A stretch of DNA of 63,289 nucleotides, counting the filler. It is 3 parts of 3 records of this genome, joined end to end, with 100 filler letters (N's around TTAATTAATTAA, not from the genome) between each part and the next. Parts side by side here need not be neighbours in the genome. Positions count along the whole stretch, not along the records: positions 44,355 to 63,289 come from SRR20825006_208; 2 more parts are not named here. The stretch is one strand, 5' to 3'. Every line of letters starts with the position of its first letter. The stretch's first letter is position 1. The position numbers were made by a program, and so were the translations under genes. Shown in pieces: positions 56,828 to 63,289 of this stretch. The notes beneath the pieces are model-generated. The model had not been told where the DNA came from. It saw nothing but the letters and a program-made list of their open reading frames with translations, and searched no databases.

Positions 56828-58413
56828 TAATTACTTATTTGGTGTGATTCTTTTAATAGATCTACCACAGTTTTTACAGGGTTAAATGTAGATAAGGGAA
56901 CTTCTACAAAAATTGTATTCCAATGTGCCATAGAGCCATTCCACAAACCAGGACGTTCTAATGCTTTTATATCTTGGCCATTTATGGTCTTTTGATTTAT
57001 AAAGCCTGCTTTATAATCTACATATTTAAGTAAGTCGAATTTTTCTCCTTTATAATTTCTTACGCTGCAAACAATATCTACAGGATTAAAATGTGTTGCA
57101 TCATTAAGGTAACGTAACTGTCTTGGGTCTTCTTTGTTAATTTGAACAGATTCTACAATCTGAAGAGATATTTTACCGCTTTCATGTTTAACCCAAAAAG
57201 GACCGCCACCTGGCTCTCCTTCGTTCTTAACCATACCACAAACGCGAATAGGTTTATCAAGTTGTTCCCGCAAATATTCAATTTGATATTTTAAAGAGAA
57301 CTTCTCAAAATCTTCGGACAGTATATTATTAAAGTTATCTTGTAAAAAGTAAACAATCTCGTGTATAAATTCTTCTGTAGGGTTCGCATTTTCATCTAAC
57401 ATCTCAAGAAATTTGAACGATGTTTGTCTTTGCTCTAAAAGCAAACCACCTAACATTTTCTTATAGTTGGCCACATCTTCTTCATATTGATATGTGACTA
57501 CATTGTCTATATTTTTAATAAATATGATATCTGCATCTTGTTCATTTAAATTTTCAATTAATGCACCATGACCGCCAGGTCTAAATACCAGATTGCCATC
57601 GTCATCTACAAATGGTGTATTATCTAAATTAACCGCTACAGTGTCTGTACTTTTCTTTTGGTAAGACTCTGTGGTAATAAATGTTGTGTCAGTTTTATTA
57701 GAGACTATGTCTTTTATACGATCATACTCAGATTTAAACTTATTGTAATGGTTATTTGATATGGTAAAATGAAGATGCGCCTTTTTATTTGGAGCAGCAT
57801 ACTTAGAGGCCTCAAATAAATGTTCTGCAAATGCAGATGCAGTATGTTCTTTATATTTATGAAAAGGCACCAATCCTTTAGGGAGATTTCCGTAGTTAAG
57901 TCCAGTTTCGCCTAATAAACACTCTACAATGCACACTTTTTTCTCATCATCAGAAAGTGAATTATAATTTGGGCAAGTTTTCTTTAACTGCTGAAGTATA
58001 GCCTCATAAAATGGAAATTTTTCTAAGCCGACAAAAAAGAGTTTAAGTGTATTGTCTTTTGTTTTATTTATAAAGGCATTAATACTTTCTTTTGAAGGAT
58101 TATAGGTGTCTAAAAACCGGTATAATGACTTAAACATTCTTGTAGCAGCGCCTGAAGCAGGTACAAATTTGATGACTTCAATATCATCTAGTTTTGAATT
58201 GTATAACTTAATATACGTCTGTTTCTTATCGTCTGAGATTTGAAGGATTCCGTTTTCTATTGTAGCACAGTCTGTCAAATTTATAAAAGGAATACCTTCC
58301 ATGAAGGTTTGCAACTGGTTCTCAACCTGTTTTAACGTTAAACCGTGATTTTCTATTTGCTTAAGTTGCTGTGCTGTAAAATCCAAAATATTTGCTTTTA
58401 TAGTGCCTCGCAA
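56827..58413 (-). CDS. DUF4301 family protein (nucleotidyltransferase-like motifs)
   Basis: KFVPASGAATRMFK, LPKGL, RPGGHGAL, IKNIDN, GEPGGGP, PGLWNG.M, FNPVKT. Start TTG at 58413 or 58386. Confidence 0.85.
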   Translation of the reverse strand: MRGTIKANILDFTAQQLKQIENHGLTLKQVENQLQTFMEGIPFINLTDCATIENGILQISDDKKQTYIKLYNSKLDDIEVIKFVPASGAATRMFKSLYRFLDTYNPSKESINAFINKTKDNTLKLFFVGLEKFPFYEAILQQLKKTCPNYNSLSDDEKKVCIVECLLGETGLNYGNLPKGLVPFHKYKEHTASAFAEHLFEASKYAAPNKKAHLHFTISNNHYNKFKSEYDRIKDIVSNKTDTTFITTESYQKKSTDTVAVNLDNTPFVDDDGNLVFRPGGHGALIENLNEQDADIIFIKNIDNVVTYQYEEDVANYKKMLGGLLLEQRQTSFKFLEMLDENANPTEEFIHEIVYFLQDNFNNILSEDFEKFSLKYQIEYLREQLDKPIRVCGMVKNEGEPGGGPFWVKHESGKISLQIVESVQINKEDPRQLRYLNDATHFNPVDIVCSVRNYKGEKFDLLKYVDYKAGFINQKTINGQDIKALERPGLWNGSMAHWNTIFVEVPLSTFNPVKTVVDLLKESHQISN

Positions 58414-58952
58414 TGCTCTATTGCAGTTTTTAAACGAGTTTCTACATTACCTTGTAATATTACATAATTACAATTATTTGCATCTAACTCATCCTTAAAC
58501 TTTAAAAACATAGCTTTACGTTCATCAGGTTTATCCCTAAGATCGTCTGCTTCCCAAGGTGTATCAATATAGGTTAATAGATATAGGTGGTAATAGTGGT
58601 CATTAACAGCACCTAAGATTTCTTTGGGGCAATAGTCGTTATAATATGCTTTGGAGTAAACTTTTATCTCACGAAGATTAGTATCACAAAACAAATATTT
58701 ATTTGCAACGTTGGAAAGTTCATTCTCCGTATTAATTTGCCCTTTTGCAATTGGGATTAAATCTTCCTTTTCACAAACTGTTTGTGTCCTATCCCATTTG
58801 TCTTGTAAATATATTCTCATAAACTCAGGCACAGAAACTGTTTTAAAATGTTCTGCTAAAAGGTTTACTAAAGTAGTTTTTCCTGAAGATTCAGGACCGT
58901 AGAGAACAATTTTTAGGCAGTCTGAAGTCTGTTGTTTAAAATCTTTTTCCAA
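58398..58952 (-). CDS. NadR/Ttd14-type P-loop kinase (ribosylnicotinamide-kinase-like domain only)
   Basis: GPESSGKTT, VPE..R.Y, FCDT, PW..D.LRD; no HxGH adenylyltransferase domain. Confidence 0.87.
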   Translation of the reverse strand: MEKDFKQQTSDCLKIVLYGPESSGKTTLVNLLAEHFKTVSVPEFMRIYLQDKWDRTQTVCEKEDLIPIAKGQINTENELSNVANKYLFCDTNLREIKVYSKAYYNDYCPKEILGAVNDHYYHLYLLTYIDTPWEADDLRDKPDERKAMFLKFKDELDANNCNYVILQGNVETRLKTAIEHCEAL

Positions 58953-59545
58953 GCTAAGTATCCAAATATTGAGATAATGACAAATATAACGTAAAGAAAA
59001 CTGCTCAATGTTAAACCCTTGTAAAAATAGAGCGGCACACTAATTACATTTCCCATTAATAAAAACAGCCAATTTTCTAGTTTCTTTTTGGCAAGCATCC
59101 ACATACCTACAAAGAACAATCCTGTTGTAAGTATATCTATATAGGATACCCAACCCTCAAACTTTTCAAACACATAATATATTATGTATATAAACAACAT
59201 TGTACTTAAAAATATTCCTAAACTATACGTATAGTCATTTTTAGTAGCCTTTGTTATAGGTGTTGTTTGCGTTGGTGTAACTTTTCTTGTCCAAATATAC
59301 CAGCCGTAAATACTCATTACAAAGTAGTAGCCATTAATTATGGTATCGCCTAGTAAATTGAATTTTAATAAGATATAAACAAAGATTAAAGTACTTACTA
59401 TTCCTGTAGGATACACCCAAACACTGTTGCGCATAGAGCAAATAGAAGATATTAAACCGAATACAATACCGGCAACTTCAAGACCTATAATATGTGTTTC
59501 GTAACCTCGATATTGCCCGAAGAAAAACTCAAAAATGGGGCTCAT
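58913..59545 (-). CDS. pnuC: PnuC-family vitamin transporter
   Basis: YP.GI, YY..MSIYGW..W, KK.ENW, PLYFYKG, GY..W; about 7 TM segments. Confidence 0.9.
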   Translation of the reverse strand: MSPIFEFFFGQYRGYETHIIGLEVAGIVFGLISSICSMRNSVWVYPTGIVSTLIFVYILLKFNLLGDTIINGYYFVMSIYGWYIWTRKVTPTQTTPITKATKNDYTYSLGIFLSTMLFIYIIYYVFEKFEGWVSYIDILTTGLFFVGMWMLAKKKLENWLFLLMGNVISVPLYFYKGLTLSSFLYVIFVIISIFGYLAWKKILNNRLQTA

Positions 59546-59789
59546 AATCGTGACGATCAGATTTTACGATTTTAATATAAAGTAAACCTCTCTCAACAAC
59601 CTCTAAAGCTATTTTCATTTCTTTTTGAAGAATACCCATCACCTCGTCATACTCTCCATATACTTGCGTACTTAAAGGGTTCTCCAATACTTTTAACCCT
59701 GAAGCTCTTAAGGATTTAATGAAGTTTATTATTGCTGGTTCAAAATCGTCTTGTAGTGGAGTTAGCGTTAGCTCGACTGAAATATTCAT
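59529..59789 (-). CDS. YkoF/MTH1187-type thiamine-binding protein
   Basis: ISVEL...PL, I..L..SGL....P.ST...G.YDEVM; ferredoxin-like, 86 aa. Confidence 0.8.
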   Translation of the reverse strand: MNISVELTLTPLQDDFEPAIINFIKSLRASGLKVLENPLSTQVYGEYDEVMGILQKEMKIALEVVERGLLYIKIVKSDRHDYEPHF

Positions 59790-59809
59790 TATGGTTGGTT
59801 TGGTTTCAG

Positions 59810-60694
59810 TTATTTGTTTAGATAGCCAAATCTACGTAATTGATTATCGTTACTACGCCAGTTTTTGTTCACTTTTACATATAACTCAATATGGACTTGT
59901 TTGCCAAAAAACTTTTCCAAATCTTTTCGTGCTTCAACTCCTACTCGTTTTAAAGCACTTCCTTTGTGACCTATTATAATTCCTTTTTGAGAATCTCGCT
60001 CAACCATAATAATGCTTCGCATTTTTATGATTTCTTCTTCTTCAAAAAACTCTTCGGTATCTACCTCTACACTATATGGAATCTCTTTTTTGTAATGCAT
60101 TAGAATTTTTTCTCTAATAATTTCATTTACAAAAAAGCGTTCTGGCTTATCTGTTAATTGATCTTTAGGATAAAATGCCGGAGACTCTGGCATTACTTCA
60201 ATAATTCTATTCAACACTTCAGAAACATTAAAACCTTCTAAAGCTGAAATTGGGTAAATTTCTGCAGTTGGCACTTTTTCTTTCCAATACTGCATTTGTT
60301 CTTCTAATTGATGCTGGTCTGAAGTATCAATTTTATTAAGTAATAATAATACAGGAATTTCTGCATTTGTAATTTTCTTGAAAAAGGCTTCATCTTTAAG
60401 ACTTTGCTCTCCAATCTCCACCATGTAGATAAGTACATCTGCATCTTCAAAAGCAGACTTTACAAAATCCATCATATTTTCCTGAAGTTGATATGCTGGT
60501 TTTATAATTCCTGGCGTATCACTTAACACAATTTGAAAATCTTCTCCATTTACAATTCCCAAGATACGATGTCTTGTGGTCTGAGCTTTGCTTGTTATGA
60601 TGCTTAGCTTTTCTCCTACAAAGGCATTCATTAATGTGCTTTTACCCACATTTGGGTTTCCAATTATATTTACAAATCCTGCTTTATGAGCCAT
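59810..60694 (-). CDS. era: GTPase Era
   Basis: GNPNVGKST, QTTR, DTPG, NKID, EIPYS and IIIG..G KH domain; -7 element TATCTTTG at 60710-60717. Confidence 0.97.
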   Translation of the reverse strand: MAHKAGFVNIIGNPNVGKSTLMNAFVGEKLSIITSKAQTTRHRILGIVNGEDFQIVLSDTPGIIKPAYQLQENMMDFVKSAFEDADVLIYMVEIGEQSLKDEAFFKKITNAEIPVLLLLNKIDTSDQHQLEEQMQYWKEKVPTAEIYPISALEGFNVSEVLNRIIEVMPESPAFYPKDQLTDKPERFFVNEIIREKILMHYKKEIPYSVEVDTEEFFEEEEIIKMRSIIMVERDSQKGIIIGHKGSALKRVGVEARKDLEKFFGKQVHIELYVKVNKNWRSNDNQLRRFGYLNK

Positions 60695-60738
60695 ATTAAA
60701 ACTTTTATACAAAGATACATTTTATTGCTCTAGTGTTC

Positions 60739-61605
60739 CTAAGGTTTTATGTCTTCTATAAGTGTTGTAATGAGCACTTCTATTTCGGGCTTTACGAGTT
60801 CTGGTCTTTGCCAGGCAATTTCATGTCCTGCATTAGAAATTGGAATAACAGTTATATTTTCGAAAACTTCTTTAGAGTAATTTACATTTCCAAATGGCAC
60901 TACTTTATCTTCTGTTCCGTGAATATGAACTACAGGAATTTTTAATGCTTCCCAACCATCTTCAATCTTTTCTAATTCTTTAGCGTGCGTCGTCTTTTCA
61001 TCTCCAGCAACACGGTAACCTGTTGGCACCAACCATCGCGTGAGCCAACATTGCGTTAGTCTAGATGCCCAAATTTTCTTTTCCTGATTAGGGTCTAATG
61101 CTGGAGACACCATAATTAGTGCTTTTACGCGTGTATTTAAAACAGCTGTCCTTGCTGCTAATGGACCACCATAAGATGTTCCTACCAAAATAACATTCTC
61201 TAAGTTATAGTCTTTAATTAACTCGTTCATAACTTTGGCATGAGTTTTAATAGATGTAAGCTCATCTCCAAAACCAGAATATCCATAACCTGGCCTATCT
61301 ACTGCATATAAGTTAGCTTTCTTTACTAATGACGTGTCTATTAAATAGTCTCGCCAAGCAGCCATTGAGCTAGGTGAACCGTGAAAAAAAATAACATTAA
61401 TGTTATTGTTAGATTCTTTTACTGCTTGTACCCTAATGTTTCTATCTATTACTTTTGAATTGAATGTAGTAATTTCTGTAGGTATGTTTATAGCTTTATG
61501 CCTAAGGTAAACCTCTTCTGTAGTTTCTCTGTATTGTAATGCTGTGCAAGAAGCGAATAAGACTCCTATAAGTATTAGTACTACTAACTAGGTTTTGGTT
61601 TTCAT
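60739..61605 (-). pseudogene. alpha/beta hydrolase lipoprotein with in-frame TAG at codon 6
   Basis: ATG AAA ACC AAA ACC TAG TTA GTA..., then an open frame with lipobox FASC, FHGSPSS, DRPGYG, GTSYGG, HGTEDKVV and AGH. Confidence 0.75.
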
Positions 61606-61645
61606 CTTCTTTTTAAATTCAGTTTTTATCTTGACTTTACAAATT

Positions 61646-61675
61646 AAAAAACTCTCAACTAGTGTTGAGAGTTTT
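61646..61675 (-). terminator. intrinsic terminator after the TonB receptor
   Basis: AAAACTCTCAAC-TAGT-GTTGAGAGTTTT inverted repeat. Confidence 0.88.
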
Positions 61676-61703
61676 AAGACTAATTTTTAACTATTTAAAT
61701 AAC

Positions 61704-63289
61704 TTAGAATGTGAAATCTAGACGTGTATAGTAGTAAGCACCGCCAAATCCCATTTGAACTGAATCCCAATAACCACCACCTTCGGTTTCACCATCATTT
61801 TGCTGATCTGGATATTCATTAAATAAGTTATTACTACCTATACTAAGCTTAACTTGGTCTGTAATTTCATACCCAAAGTTTAAGTCAACAGTGAATTTTG
61901 CATCATATACATCTTCTGTTTCTGCAAAATCGATTAAAGTTATTTCTGAATATCTTGTAACCCCCAATGCTGTATTAAACTTATTTTTTACATAAGACAT
62001 GTTTAAAGCAAACTTGCTATCTGGTGCAGAAGCTAATAAGAATGCTCGCTCTCTCGCACCGAAAAATGTATCTTCATCTAAGTTGCCATTATTTACATCC
62101 TTAATTTCAATACTGTTTATATTACCTAGTAAAGTGGCAGAAATTGAGCCGTCATCTAAAAGTTTCCTGTAAGAAAGTATAATATCTACACCTGTAGTTT
62201 CTGTATCTACGCCATTTACAAAAAACTGAGCTTCATTAACGTTGTCTATTTGTGGAGCGTCAAAAGTACCAGTTAGCACTATACGGTCTTTTACACTCAC
62301 AAAATAACCATCTATAGTAGCTGTAAAATCACCAGCTTTAGCTGTAAACCCTAAAGATGCATTTGTAGCAGTTTCTTCTTTTAACTCTCCAATACCAAAT
62401 GATCTGGTTACAGGACTATTATTTGCAGATAGTAGTGACTCTGTTGCGGTTCCTCCTTGAAAATCTGTAAAGCGCAAGTTGTAATATACTTGTGCCAAAG
62501 ATGGCGCCCTAAAGCCTGAGCTTAAAGATCCCCTTAAATTTATATTATCTGTAAGCTTATATCTTGATGCCAATTTTCCATTAAATGTGCTTCCGAAATC
62601 ACTGTAGTTTTCGAATCTAACTGCGCCGGCTAAAAGAAACTTTTCTGTAACGTCTAATTCTGTATCAACATACAGAGAAACGTTAGACCTACTTCTATCT
62701 ACTACATTTTCCGGGCTATAGCCTGGAAAACCTTGTGAGCCACCAGGTCTTGGGTTACCAGTTCCTGGATCTATAGGTTGTTGTTGTGTTTGAGGATCTG
62801 TTATGGGTTGCCCATTGGTGTCGTAGGTTGCATAAGAACCTGTTTCTCCTGCAAAAATTGTAAACGTTTCTGTTCTGTACTCTGTACCAATTGCTAAGTT
62901 AAAACCATTAGCTATGTCTGCGTAATATTTTGAAAAGTCTAAGTTTATTGTGTTTTGTGATAAAGAATGACCACCAGCATCAAACTCTGTAGGAGAGTTT
63001 TCTTCTAAAGATGCATTTAAGGTTCCTTTTATGTAATAATGAAAGACATTTTTTCCGTAAGTATTACTTAAATCTACTTTCCAATCGTTTCCTAACTCAG
63101 ATCGTACACCTGCTGCAAAAGAATTATCTGTAATTATAGATGTTATTCTTGGCGTAAAACCATTTGGATATATTTCTGTAACAACACGTTCTCCTCCATT
63201 TCTTGTAAATGCATAGGCATCTGTATCTCTATAATTTCGACCACCAAAGGCATAAACTTCGGTTTGGTCTGACACTGGAAAACTCAAGT
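61704..63289 (-). CDS. TonB-dependent receptor, C-terminal barrel (runs off the window end)
   Basis: RFENYSDFG, GFRAPSL, NNLFNEYP and C-terminal Phe. Confidence 0.9.
   Translation of the reverse strand, partial: LSFPVSDQTEVYAFGGRNYRDTDAYAFTRNGGERVVTEIYPNGFTPRITSIITDNSFAAGVRSELGNDWKVDLSNTYGKNVFHYYIKGTLNASLEENSPTEFDAGGHSLSQNTINLDFSKYYADIANGFNLAIGTEYRTETFTIFAGETGSYATYDTNGQPITDPQTQQQPIDPGTGNPRPGGSQGFPGYSPENVVDRSRSNVSLYVDTELDVTEKFLLAGAVRFENYSDFGSTFNGKLASRYKLTDNINLRGSLSSGFRAPSLAQVYYNLRFTDFQGGTATESLLSANNSPVTRSFGIGELKEETATNASLGFTAKAGDFTATIDGYFVSVKDRIVLTGTFDAPQIDNVNEAQFFVNGVDTETTGVDIILSYRKLLDDGSISATLLGNINSIEIKDVNNGNLDEDTFFGARERAFLLASAPDSKFALNMSYVKNKFNTALGVTRYSEITLIDFAETEDVYDAKFTVDLNFGYEITDQVKLSIGSNNLFNEYPDQQNDGETEGGGYWDSVQMGFGGAYYYTRLDFTF

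Noticed and set aside
1-63289. Horizontal transfer of flavobacterial DNA into an alphaproteobacterium, or a comF-comM-radA competence cluster
   Set aside because: These genes lie on three different contigs separated by artificial linkers; no integrase, transposase or att site was seen.

Overview
The window is not one locus. It holds three unrelated contigs joined by two artificial spacers (N-run + TTAATTAATTAA + N-run, at 18305-18404 and 44255-44354). Segment A (1-18304) is GC-rich core chromosome from a Rhodobacteraceae-like alphaproteobacterium: argG start, ilvA, an Hpt/REC-PP2C pair with a CtrA box, hslO, cca, an L,D-transpeptidase cluster, hemH, comF, grxC, ubiG, pip and rimP-nusA. Segment B (18405-44254) is medium-GC Flavobacteriaceae DNA: ilvD-ilvB-methyltransferase-ilvN with an unannotated Val/Ile leader-peptide attenuator, pxpABC, comM/yifB, a penicillin acylase, dsbD, tilS, pabB, lpdA and a cadherin/DUF285 lipoprotein. 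Segment C (44355-63289) is AT-rich DNA from a second Flavobacteriaceae genome: radA end, greA, a TPP-riboswitch-controlled TonB receptor, a sigma54 two-component module, and era-ykoF-pnuC-NadR-like kinase-DUF4301-arfB. The main candidates for undescribed biology are: (1) a salvage operon in which a NadR-type kinase lacking its adenylyltransferase domain is coupled to DUF4301, a protein with UDP-sugar-pyrophosphorylase-like motifs; (2) a nearby TPP riboswitch whose pyrophosphate-sensing internal loop looks collapsed; (3) a tiny secreted protein with a Gly-Gly mature N-terminus and a C-terminal anchor, next to an L,D-transpeptidase and a DpaA/YafK-like enzyme (possible peptidoglycan tether system); (4) a self-contained sigma54 regulon driving two small paralogous secreted proteins; (5) 21-bp-period LytTR-like repeats upstream of both comM and a surface lipoprotein. 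I found no CRISPR array, tRNA, rRNA or transposase. All family assignments come from motif recognition by eye; no database searches were run.
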